Assembly (NCBI RefSeq): GCF_006345805.1
Contig: NW_021825390.1
Span: forward strand, 1-15,630
Source: Octopus sinensis
Lineage: Eukaryota
Reading direction: 5' to 3'
DNA length: 15,630 nt
The first letter of the stretch is position 1, and every line of letters starts with the position of its first letter. Under the pieces are notes generated by a model. The model worked only from the letters and a program-made list of their open reading frames with translations, made no database searches and had not been told where the DNA came from. Made by a program: the position numbers and the translations under genes. Positions 1 to 9,715 of this stretch are shown here, piece after piece.

Positions 1-499
1 ATGGTGGTAAAAAGGAATCGGTTAGGGCATGAGTAGAAGTGGTACGTTACCAGTGAGCTCTTCTTGTAATAATAGCATTGATTTCTTATCGATCTGTTAC
101 TATTGATTCAGCAAATCATCGCTGGATGCTGAAACTTCAGTATTTTGTGAGATAAAGAAGTGGTTATTAACACAGTGAATCGATAACGCAAACGTACGGG
201 ACAAAATGACATCCTCTCCTTGCGAGTGCTCTTTTGGCTTTTTTGATGTATTTATTTCTATATTGTTGTTATTGTAGTTATTTAACGAGAGATGTTGCTG
301 AAAGAATGCGAGCTGGTGTTGGTGGTGGAGTTGGCGTTGGTGGTGCGGTTGCAGTTCTCGAGCCCAGGTATGAATCAGCGTGATATTTATTACTTCTGGC
401 CTGTCCTGTCCGTTAATTAAGGTTGGTCGCCCAAAAGTGATTTTCTTCTCCCCACTTGGACACTAAACAAAAGATCCTTCGCCGTTGTCTTTTCACACA

Positions 500-830
500 A
501 TTAATCTTTGATTTGATGAAGAGTTTTATATTTGACATGGAACTGTCATATTTTAATCAGGGTTGACGTGCGACTATGCAATAGTTACTATAGCCATTTG
601 AACAACGGGGACGCTTCTATGTAGTCGTTCGATGTGCGAGAAAGAGTCGGGGGATCTTCCTTAAATCCCAACAGGCAATTAAAAAAAAAAAGATAAATTG
701 ATTAACGAATTTCTAGAAACATTTAATTCGAGAGGACCCCCCCACCCCCACCAAACTCCCCGGAAAACTGAAAACGGAAGAGCTGGTTATCCCTTTGATC
801 ATTGACTTGCTGTTTCAGTAAACAGGTCTG
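500..830. promoter_or_regulatory. Possible cis-regulatory region (complex, CpG-containing, non-repetitive)
   Basis: CTTTGAT at 506-512 and CCTTTGATC at 792-800 (TCF/LEF-like), TGACGTG at 564-570, a CACCC tract at ~737-752, GTAAACA at 818-824 (Fox-like). These are short motifs that can occur by chance. Confidence 0.2.
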
Positions 831-873
831 ATCTAAGACTAAACAATTACAGTTGTATTAATAAATCCGCCAA

Positions 874-1495
874 GGCGGCGAGTTGGCAGAATCGTTGACA
901 CGCCGGGCGAAATGCTTAGCAGAATTTCGTCTGTTCAAATTCCGCTCAGGTGGATTTTGCCTTTCATCCCTTTCGGGGTCGATAAATTAAGTACCAGTTA
1001 CGCACTGGGGTTGATGTAAATCGACTTAATCCCTTTGTCTGTCTTTGTTTGTCCCATCTATGTTTAGCTCCTTGTGGGCAATAAAGAAATAAGAATCGTT
1101 AACACGCCGGGCGAAATACTTAGCGGTATTTCGTCTGCCGTTACGTTCTGAGTTCAAATTCCGCCGAGGTCGACTTTGCCTTTCATCATTTTGGGGTCGA
1201 TAAATTAAGTACCAGTTACGCACTGGGGTCGATATAATCGATTATTTCCGTTTGTCGTCCTTGTTTGTCCCTCTCTGTATTTAGCCCCTTGTGAGTAGAG
1301 TAAAGAAAGGGTAGTAAAGAAATAGGTATTTCATCTGCCGCTAGGTTCTGGGTTCAAATTCTGTTGAGGTAGACTTTACCTCTCATCCTTTCAGGGTCGA
1401 TAAATTAACTACCAATCAAGTACTGGGTCGATGTAATCAACTATCACGCTTCCCACAAATTCCAGACCTTGTTGCCTATCGTTGAAAGGATTATT
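874..1495 (+). mobile_element. Compound/nested cluster of tRNA-derived SINE family A (octopus OR/OK-like), three pieces
   Basis: Head GGCGGCGAGTTGGCAGAATCGTT at 874. B-box-like GTTCAAATTCC occurs three times. The central block CCTTTCATC..GGGGTCGATAAATTAAGTACCAGTTACGCACTGGGGTCGAT occurs in all three pieces (~960, ~1180, ~1380) and again at 3874-4505. Tails end in AAAGAAATA at 1091 and 1324. The family name is from memory. Confidence 0.9.
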
Positions 1496-1507
1496 CAAGC
1501 CCACCAA

Positions 1508-1719
1508 GGCTGCAAGCTGGCAGAGTTGTCTGTACACGCGACAAAACAATAGCGGCATTTCGTCCGTTTTCATGTTCTGGGCTCAAATACAGCCGTTCTT
1601 GAGCCTTTTGTGTCCTTGTCTCTAGGGATCGACCAAGTACAGTGGATTACTGGGGTACGTGTAATCGACTAGCTCCCTCCTTCATATGCTGCCTTGCACC
1701 AAAAATAGAATTACCAATA
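1508..1719 (+). mobile_element. Older, diverged copy of SINE family A with GCCTTG..CCAAAA-type tail
   Basis: GGCTGCAAGCTGGCAGAG head, ATTTCGTCCGTTTTCATGTTCTGGGCTCAAAT, TACTGGGGTACGTGTAATCGACT and tail GCCTTGCACCAAAAATAGAA all align by eye to the copies at 4108-4278 and 4290-4505. Confidence 0.75.
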
Positions 1720-2004
1720 ATTTATATTTGTATTTTGCTGTTTGTTAATTTTTTTGATGAGTTTCTATGTTAAGTGGTAAGAAACTGGTATTGCTCTAGG
1801 TAAATAGCCGTGTCAAAGAAATCCTGTATAAAGTGTATCACGTAATTGGTTTGCTCCTTTCTTTCTGTCTTTCTTTCTCTCCTTCTCTCGCTCTCCCTCT
1901 CTCTTGATCCATTCATTGAGATGATCCGCTCTAATACTAATGTGTTCACTGAACCATGATTGCAAGATTTGAACGATCGCTCAAGCGATTGTACTACGTT
2001 TTAG

Positions 2005-2245
2005 TGATGGTGGTGGTGGTGGTGGTCGTCGTCGTGGTAGTGGGTTCTACTGTTGATGTTGTTGGCGGTGGTAATTATGGTGATGCAGATGGTGGTGATG
2101 AAAGTGGTGGAGGGCCGTGGTATTGGTGGTGTCGGCAGTGGTAGTTGTCGGAATTATAGTAGTGATGGCGGTTGGAGTGTGAGGGGGGGGGGCTGTAGTT
2201 ATTTTTCTTGATAGTGGTGGTGGTGGTGGGTGTTGTTGTTTCATG
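2005..2245. repeat. (GGT/GAT/GTT)-rich low-complexity tract
   Basis: Degenerate trinucleotide repeats, directly visible. Confidence 0.9.
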
Positions 2246-2455
2246 TATTATTGTACCAAGCAGTAAATATATCACCGATATTTCATTAGATGCCGGTGAT
2301 CGTTTGTGTTGTTGTTGTAGATGATGATGATGATGATGTCGAAAAGATTTTTAAAATATATAATTGTGAATTGCGCGTGTAATTTGGGTTGTATATGTGT
2401 ATGCAGTGTTGTGCTTGTGCTTTGAATCCTTTTAACAATGTAATACTACTCTCAA

Positions 2456-2490
2456 TATATATATATATACTATATATATATCTATATATA

Positions 2491-2538
<48 letters not shown>

Positions 2539-2760
2539 AATACTTTTACTTTACAAGAAAGACAGGAAACACAGCATAAACACACGAAGTACATGTACGC
2601 ACACACATTCATACATACATACATACATACATACTCACACACACACGCACACACGCACACACACACACACACACTCAGACACACACACATACATATATAA
2701 ACAACGATACATGTATTTACTTTAAATAATAAACATTTACCTTTGTGGATATTCACACAC
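2456..2760. repeat. (TA)n followed by (CA)n/(TACA)n microsatellites
   Basis: Directly visible. Confidence 0.95.
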
Positions 2761-2821
2761 ACATCCTCTGCTAAACTCATGCTACTAAGCCCCAAATTTG
2801 CTTTTATTAAGGTGATCTATG

Positions 2822-2852
<31 letters not shown>
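2822..2852. repeat. (ACT)n microsatellite
   Basis: Directly visible. Confidence 0.95.
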
Positions 2853-3089
2853 TGTTTCTCATTCTATTTCTGTCGCTCTTTAAGTGTTGGCTATAGACGA
2901 CATGATGATGCCTTGTAAGTAACAACGGAAAGGAACAGAAGAGGGCATGTGAAAAGCGTATAGGGACTCGTAGAAGCCGTCACCAGGAATTCTTAAACAT
3001 AACAGCTCATGGAAGGAAGGATGTGATGGACTCTTGGGCTGTTATTTGAAGCAAGTCGAGTAAACGTTACCATTGCTTTTATGTAAGGC

Positions 3090-3290
3090 TTTTGTGTAAC
3101 CTCATACCAGCTCAAATTTTGCAGACTTTTGGTCAAAGAAGGATCTAGCTAAGACCACCTCATCATTTTTTTTTTCTTCTGGCAGTATATCTGAGACTAC
3201 TGTCTTCTATGTCCTTTCCTTTTACTGATATGATTAGGCGAGGTTAAAGGGCGATTTAGTAGTTATGTCTAGCAGATCGAGAGACTATTT
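3090..3290 (+). mobile_element. Probable degraded interspersed repeat
   Basis: GGGCGATTTAGTAGTTATGTCTAGCAGATCGAGAGACT resembles the 3' end of an octopus repeat recalled from memory. There is no second copy in the window to confirm it. Confidence 0.3.
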
Positions 3291-3396
3291 AGAAATTTCA
3301 TCATTGCCCACGCAGTTGTGTGTATATTTTAAGTGTGTAGATGCGTGCATGCAAAATGTTCAGTGGTAGAAACCATTTTTTACTACTCGTTATGTA

Positions 3397-3407
3397 AACA
3401 CACACAC

Positions 3408-3464
<57 letters not shown>

Positions 3465-3500
3465 CACATACACACACACACACACATGCATACACATACA
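3397..3500. repeat. (CA)n microsatellite
   Basis: Directly visible. Confidence 0.95.
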
Positions 3501-3811
3501 CAAACTCACGGACAGAAGCACACAAATCCATACATGTTAATATACACCCGCACACATGCTTATACGTATGCCTATTCATAGACCACGTGTTGATCAATTA
3601 GGTACCATTTAAGGTACTTTTATGCTAATGTAATTTTTCATTGAAAAGGAAATGTAAATGTAAAACAAACACGACATGTGAAAGGTAACAAAGAAAATTT
3701 ACAGATAATAAATATTTATTAAAAATAAAATGCGATCAAACAACTATAAATAGATAAAAACAACTATAAAAATCTAAAAAGGTATTTATAATCAATATTC
3801 AGGCGACATAA

Positions 3812-4278
3812 GGTGTCGAGCTGACACAGTCATTAACACGTTGGACAAATGCTTAGTGGTATTTCGTCTGTCTAAAGGCGATGAGCTGGCAGAATCGTTA
3901 GCAAGCCGGGCGAAATGCGTAGCCGTATTTCGTCTGCCGTTACGTTCTGAGTTCAAATTCCGTCGAGGTCGACTTTGCATTTCATCCTTTCGGGTTCGAT
4001 AAATTAAGTACCAGTTACGCACTGGTGTCGATATAATCGACTTAATCCGTTTGTCTGTCCTTGTTTGTCCTCTCTGTGTTTAGAGCCTTGTGGGTAGTAA
4101 AGAAATAGGTATTTCGTCTGTCTTTACATTCTGAGTTCAAATTCTGCCAAGATTGACATTACCTTTTATTGTTTCGAGGGCGATAAAATAGGTACCAGTT
4201 GATCACTGGGGTCGATGCAATCGACTTAACCCCTCCTTCGAAATTGCCGGTATTGTGCCAAAATTTGAAATCAGTATT
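3812..4278 (+). mobile_element. Old family-A SINE (3812-3873 + 4108-4278) interrupted by a younger family-A SINE (3874-4107) with a 16-bp TSD
   Basis: GGTATTTCGTCTGTCT occurs at 3858-3873 and 4108-4123, flanking a complete, well-preserved copy (head GGCGATGAGCTGGCAGAATCG, tail GTAGTAAAGAAATA). Removing the insert restores a collinear older copy. Confidence 0.88.
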
Positions 4279-4289
4279 TGTCTCTTTAA

Positions 4290-4505
4290 GGAGGCGAGCA
4301 GGCAGAATTATTAATATGCCGGGAAAAATGTTTAGCCGCATTTCGTCCGTCTTTACGTTCTGAGTTCAAGTTTCGCCGAGGTCAGCTTTATCTTTTATCC
4401 TTTCGGGGTCGATAAAATAAGTACCAGTTGTGTACATGGGTCGATGTAATCGACTTATCTCCTCCCGCTAAGTCGCTGGCCTTATGCCAAAATTTGAAGC
4501 CAATA
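4290..4505 (+). mobile_element. Family-A SINE, older subfamily (tail GCCTTATGCCAAAATTTGAAGCCAATA)
   Basis: Head GGAGGCGAGCAGGCAGAAT, GTTCTGAGTTCAAG and TTTCGGGGTCGATAAAATAAGTACCAGTT are collinear with the other copies. Confidence 0.88.
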
Positions 4506-4531
4506 TCCAGGAGGCAAGTCTGTATGATTGT

Positions 4532-4782
4532 GGAGGCGTGTGGCTTAATGGTTAGGGTTATGGACTCATGATCGTAAGATTGTTGTTTCAATTGCTGGAA
4601 CGAACGTGGCGCGTTGTGGTCTTGAGCAAAGCACTTTCTTTCACATTGCTCCAGTCCACTCAGCTGGCAAAAATGGGTCATCCTGCGACGGACCAGCGTT
4701 CTGTCCAGGCGAGGTGTATACACGTGATGGAAACCGGGAAACCGGCCCTTATGAGTCGACATGACTCGGCAAGATAACTTTA
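4532..4782 (+). mobile_element. tRNA-derived CORE-type SINE (family B)
   Basis: A-box TGGCTTAATGG at 4541-4551 and degenerate B-box GTTTCAATTGC at 4585-4595. CORE-like GCGTTGTGGTCTTGAGCAAAGCACTTT from 4611, followed by CTCAGCTGGCAAAAATGGG and CCTGCGACGGACCAGCG. Confidence 0.8.
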
Positions 4783-4789
4783 TAGCTGT

Positions 4790-4920
4790 ATAGTTCTGAA
4801 ATTCATCTTGCAAACATGCGGTTTCGGGTTCAGTCGCACTGCGGGGAACCTTTGGCTAGTGTCTTCTATAACCTCATCTCAACAATAGCCTTCTGAGTGA
4901 ACTTCGTAGACAGAAAGTAT
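4790..4920 (+). mobile_element. 5' half of a tRNA/CORE SINE (family C) running into a (TG)/(TA) microsatellite
   Basis: B-box-like GGTTCAGTCGC at 4827-4837, CORE-like ACCTTTGGCTAGTGTCTTCTA, then GCCTTCTGAGTGAACTTCGTAGACAGAAAG followed by (TG)n. This matches the layout of an abundant octopus SINE with an internal microsatellite (from memory). Confidence 0.65.
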
Positions 4921-5044
4921 GTGTGTGTGTGTGAATGAACGTGTGTGTGCGTATGTGTGATTGTGTGTGTATACATATATTACATACGTATATATATATA
5001 TGTATTTATATATATGTATATTATATATATATAGATATATATAT

Positions 5045-5077
<33 letters not shown>

Positions 5078-5094
5078 GATATATATATATATAT
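4920..5094. repeat. (TG)n/(TA)n microsatellite
   Basis: Directly visible. Confidence 0.95.
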
Positions 5095-5170
5095 GGCATT
5101 ACTACACGTAAATGCCACACACTAGGACCGACTTTTAAAGCCATAACTGACCACTGAGCCATGCGCCTTG
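5095..5170 (-). mobile_element. Short SINE head fragment
   Basis: The minus strand reads GGCGCATGGCTCAGTGGTCAG, containing the A-box TGGCTCAGTGG. No recognisable B-box or body follows. Confidence 0.4.
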
Positions 5171-5173
5171 ACT

Positions 5174-5424
5174 TACTACTACTACTACTATTACTACTAC
5201 TACTACTACTACTACTACTAACTACTACTACTACTGCTACTACTATCCTACTACTACTACTACTACTACTAATACTACTAATACTAATAAAATAATAATA
5301 TAATAATAATAATAATGATAATAGATAATAATAACGATAATAAAATAATAATAATAATAATAATAATGATAATAATAATAATAATAATAATAATATAATA
5401 ATGATAATAATAATAATAATAATA
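5174..5424. repeat. (ACT)n then (AAT)n microsatellites
   Basis: Directly visible. Confidence 0.95.
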
Positions 5425-5699
5425 CCTTCGTCATTGCAACAATATCAAGACATCATTAAAACCAAAGCTCCGTACCACCACAGCCACTACCAACACCACC
5501 AACAACAATAACACTATCACCACCACCACCACTATCACCACTACCAGCATCACCGCCACTATTTCATCTCTCCACAGCCACGCCACCGCCATATTCTATC
5601 TGTCATAAACAATCCATATTACAATTCATAATAATGAATTAATGATCGCTCCCTCAGATTTTCACAACTTTATCTCAGGATGTCTACTGAGATAGATGA

Positions 5700-6770
5700 T
5701 ACAGTCCCTTGATGGTGGTGGTAGTAAGAATGGTAGTGGTGGTGGTGGTGATGATGATGACAGTACTGATGGTAATGGTGGTGGTGGTGGTGGTAGTAGT
5801 GGTGGTAATGGTTTTGGTAACGGTGGTGGCGAAGGTAGTGGTGATAGTTATGGTGATGGTTGTGGTGGTGATGGTAGTAGTGATGGTGGTGTGATGGTGG
5901 TGGCGAGTTGTGGTGATGGCTGTGGTGATGGTTGTGGTGAATGGTGGTGGTGATGGTTGTGGTGATGGTGATGGTGGTAGTAATGATGGTAGTGGTAGTT
6001 GTGCTGATGGTTGTGGTGCTGGTGCTGGTGGTAGTAATGATGGTGGTGGTGATGGCGATGGTGGTGGTGATAGTTGTGGTGATGTTTGTGGTGGTGGTGG
6101 TAGTAGTGATGATGGTGGTGATGGCGGTGATGATGGTGGTAGCGATGGTTGTGGTGACAGTGGTGGTGCTGGTGGTAGTAATGATGGTGGAGGTGATGGC
6201 GATGGTGGTGATGATAGTTGTGGTGATGTTTGTGGTGGTGGTGGTAGTAGTGATGATGGTGGTAATGATGGTGTTAGCGATGGTTGTGGTGATAGTGGTT
6301 GTGATAGGGGTTATGACGGTGGTGGCGGCGATGGTAGTGATGGTGTTGGAAGTAGGGATGATGGTGGTGATGTTGTTAGAGATGGTAGTAGTGGTGATGG
6401 TAGTGCTGGTGTGTTGGTGGTGGTGATAGTTGTCGTGGTTGTGGTGGTGGTGGTGGTGATATTATTGGCAATGATGATGGCTGTAATGGTTGGTGAAGGG
6501 AATGATGGAGGAAGTGGTAATGGTAATGGTAGCGATGGTAGTGAACACGGTAGTAGGTGTAATGAAGGTAGTGGTGGTGTTGGTGATGGTGATGATGCTG
6601 GCGGTGATGATGATTTTTTTGTAGTAGTGATGGCAGAGGTGTTGGTCATGGTGTTGCTTGAAGTGGTAGTAGTAGTAGTAGTAGTATTAGTAGTAGTAGC
6701 AGCAGCAGTAGTATTAGTAGTAGAATGGTGGTGATGGTGGTGACAGACGTTGAGTTGGTATTGATGATGG
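5700..6770. repeat. (GGT/GAT/AGT)-rich low-complexity tract containing a 144-bp tandem duplication (6021-6164, 6165-6299)
   Basis: GGTGCTGGTGGTAGTAATGATGG...GATAGTTGTGGTGATGTTTGTGGTGGTGGTGGTAGTAGTGATGATGG...AGCGATGGTTGTGGTGA recurs 144 bp apart. Confidence 0.9.
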
Positions 6771-6902
6771 AGATGAAACCACCTTCAGCCAGTCTTGCAA
6801 GTATTAGAGCTGGGATACAAGGAGTCTCTGTAATATTTTTTCTGAAAAGAAAAAAAATACAGAATTTACGGTCTGTTGGTAGCTTTGACTGAGGAGACAT
6901 AA

Positions 6903-7910
6903 AAGAAGTTCGAAACACCGCAGTATTTTAAATGTGACCTATATGAGGAAGCTTTAAAAAGTTTATTTGATATAATCCACCGCACAAAACGTGTGTAAAA
7001 ATGAGTAGTAAAAAACGCTTCTAATTCATATCGAAAAGTAGTTTCTAAACGACGGTTTATTCCATCTGCTGCTTCACAGAAACGACGCCAAAGTGAGTGA
7101 GAGTTCCATGGGCAAAATTCTATATAGCCATTAAAATCCATAACGCAAAGATATTTCGAAAAATCCCAGCAAAAAGCTATCTGAATGTAAAACTTTAATC
7201 CTTTAATAGTAAATACATTGCGAAAGACTTTGTAACTTTTGTTGATGTCTTTTGTGTAATACAACAAGCTACACATATCTTATTAAGTCCTCTTGCAACA
7301 GCTCGTTCGAGTAATCACCACAACACTTTCACAGTATATCTGGATGTTGAAACCAAAATCAAAATTAACAAAAAATACCAGTAACAGCACACTAAAGAAG
7401 TAACAAAAAAAAGTCATGAATAATCTTTATATATAAAGTAAGGTTTGTGTTCTGTCTGATTTAGATTCCTACTACTTTTAGATTCCTAACTACTCACTCA
7501 CACATTTTGCGGTGCAGTTAACCAAAACCGGGTATCTTATAGTCGTGATTCATATCGAGCCCTTCTGGGATTAGTGCGCGTCTACGATGAGTCTACGATT
7601 AAAAAAAAAAATTACCATCATTTTTTTCCATTTTAATGCATTTTTTTGCTATTTTTGGGCTATAACTCTCTAAATATGGAAGTAACTCTCTAAAAATGTC
7701 TACGATGAGTCAACGATTTAAAAAAAATTTACCATAATTTTTTTTTCCATTTTTAATGCATTTTTTTGCTATTTTTTGGCTATAACTCTCTAAAAATGCT
7801 TATATAGTTATTTCCCTTACAAACCCGACCAACGCCGGGCGATACTGCTAGTATATACTAAGACTTTTGTACAACGGAGAGATTCCACATCACCCGGCAT
7901 CCAAACGCGA
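6903..7910 (+). pseudogene. Possible highly decayed Gypsy/GIN-type (KRBA2/SCAND3-like) integrase, split by the Helitron
   Basis: Peptide fragments in shifting frames, in the expected order: SLFDIIHRT (6960-6986), FNSKYIAKDFVTFVDVFCVIQQATHILLS (7202-7288), FVQRRDSTSPGI (7866-7901). They resemble LFDIIH.AH, LKSKRAEEVA..LLDIF..FGAP.ILQSDNG and FVQ..KN..HHSGIKRSPY as recalled. The catalytic motifs themselves are not preserved. Confidence 0.35.
7424..7851 (+). mobile_element. Non-autonomous Helitron, copy 1 (with internal 118-bp-period duplication)
   Basis: 5' TC (TCTTTATATATAAA), subterminal hairpin CCCGACCAACGCCGGG at 7824-7839, 3' CTAG at 7848-7851. Inserted between A7423 and T7852 with no TSD. 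A close homologue lies at 14519-14804. Confidence 0.9.
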
Positions 7911-8156
7911 TCTTCGAATATAGAAAGCGAACATATTTCAACTTACCGAGCATATTTTCATTTGGACGTGTGACAATATGTAAACATCGAAAACTTAAAG
8001 CATTAAGTTGATGTCCTCAGAAAGTTTTAAGACAACTAACCTTAATAAAAATGTATACAAGTAAATCAAAATAAAATCAAAATAAGGGCACACACACACA
8101 TACACACACACACACATATATGCATACATATACAAACATACATACATACTTATATG

Positions 8157-8529
8157 GCCCAGTGGTTAGGGCAGCGGACTCGCGGTCGTAGGATCGCAGT
8201 TTCCATTCCCAGACCGGGCGTTGTGAGTGTTTATTGAGCGAAAACACCTAAAGCTCCACGAGGCTCCGGCAGGGGGTGGTGGTGATCCCTGCTGTATTCT
8301 TTCACCACAACTTTCTCTCACTCTTACTTCCTGTTTCTGTTGTACCTGTATTTCAAAGGGCCGGCCTTGTCACTCTCTGTGTCACGCTGAATATCCCCGA
8401 GAACTACGTTAAGGGTACACGTGTCTGTGTAGTGCTCAGCCACTTGCACGTTAATTCCACGAGCAGGCTGTTCCGTTGATCGGATCAACCGGAACCCTCG
8501 TCGTCGAAACTGACGGAGTGCTTCCATCC
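8157..8529 (+). mobile_element. tRNA-derived SINE (family D) with 13-bp TSD
   Basis: ACATACTTATATG at 8144-8156 and 8530-8542. A-box (TG)GCCCAGTGG, degenerate B-box GTTTCCATTCC, CORE-like GCGTTGTGAGTGTTTATTGAGCGAAAACACCT, and a TCCA-repeat tail. Confidence 0.88.
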
Positions 8530-8859
8530 ACATACTTATATGCCGTACTTATCAAACGCAAACTAGTATATAATATATCCATTTCGGTGTGTGAGAGTTA
8601 TGTTGTGCATACAATATATATAGCTGTTATGCTATTCTAAGATAATAAAACTAAATGCGGGCATAGAATTCTATTGCCCTTCGGTCTCAATATGTCTTTC
8701 TTTGTGCATAGCTATGCGTGTATGCAAGTGTATGTACGTGTATAATTGTATGGATACGTTGATTAGTATCTATGTGGTGTATGATCTTGTACGATTGTAA
8801 CTATACTTATATATGGTTAATCTATTCATCTCTCTATCAATTTTCTCTTCCATATAACC

Positions 8860-8936
<77 letters not shown>

Positions 8937-8937
8937 C

Positions 8938-9034
<97 letters not shown>

Positions 9035-9060
9035 CGTCCGTCCGTCCGTCCGACTGTCTG
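8860..9060. repeat. Compound tetranucleotide microsatellite (TATC)n-(TGTC)n-(CGTC)n
   Basis: Directly visible. Confidence 0.95.
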
Positions 9061-9245
9061 CCTGTCTGTCTGTATGTCTGCCAGTCTGCCATTCCGTGTG
9101 TATCTGTCACTTTCAATAAATCAATCAACTAGTCTTTCTCTCTTCCTGTCGATATCTGTTTATTTGTGTCTGTTTTTCTGTTAGCTTGCCTGCATGTCTG
9201 TCTGTCTTCTGTATATATATATATACACACATACAATCATCTTCC

Positions 9246-9344
<99 letters not shown>

Positions 9345-9399
9345 CCTATCGACCTATCTATCTATCTATCTACCTATCTATGTATACATACATAATACA

Positions 9400-9431
<32 letters not shown>

Positions 9432-9589
9432 CATATATATATATACTATATATATTTACATACATATAAAATAAATATATACATATACATATGTATGAGA
9501 GACTTAGAAATATTAATATTTCTACATATGTATATATATACATACCTACATACATCATATATATATATATAATATATATACATATATAT

Positions 9590-9672
<83 letters not shown>

Positions 9673-9715
9673 GTATATATATATCTATCATATATATATA
9701 CATATATACATATAT
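9246..9715. repeat. (TATC)n then long (TA)n microsatellites
   Basis: Directly visible. Confidence 0.95.

Noticed and set aside
2271-2300. ATCACCG...CGGTGAT 7-bp stem-loop as a Helitron or MITE end
   Set aside because: No CTRR terminus, TSD or second copy.
874-4505. Recurring GGGGTCGATAAATTAAGTACCAG blocks as a CRISPR-like or regulatory array
   Set aside because: Spacing is irregular, the intervening sequence is homologous rather than unique spacers, and the context is eukaryotic SINEs.
1026-4813. Similar ORFs MRNWYLIYR... (1026-1223, 3792-4022, 4159-4341, 4388-4813) as a small gene family
   Set aside because: They are antisense translations of SINE copies; the similarity comes from the repeat.
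6866-7276. 136-aa minus-strand ORF as a real gene
   Set aside because: No recognisable domain. The faint protein-like motifs are on the opposite strand.
8659-8679. Near-palindrome GGGCATAGAATTCTATTGCCC
   Set aside because: An isolated short inverted repeat. It does not have heat-shock-element spacing and has no supporting context.
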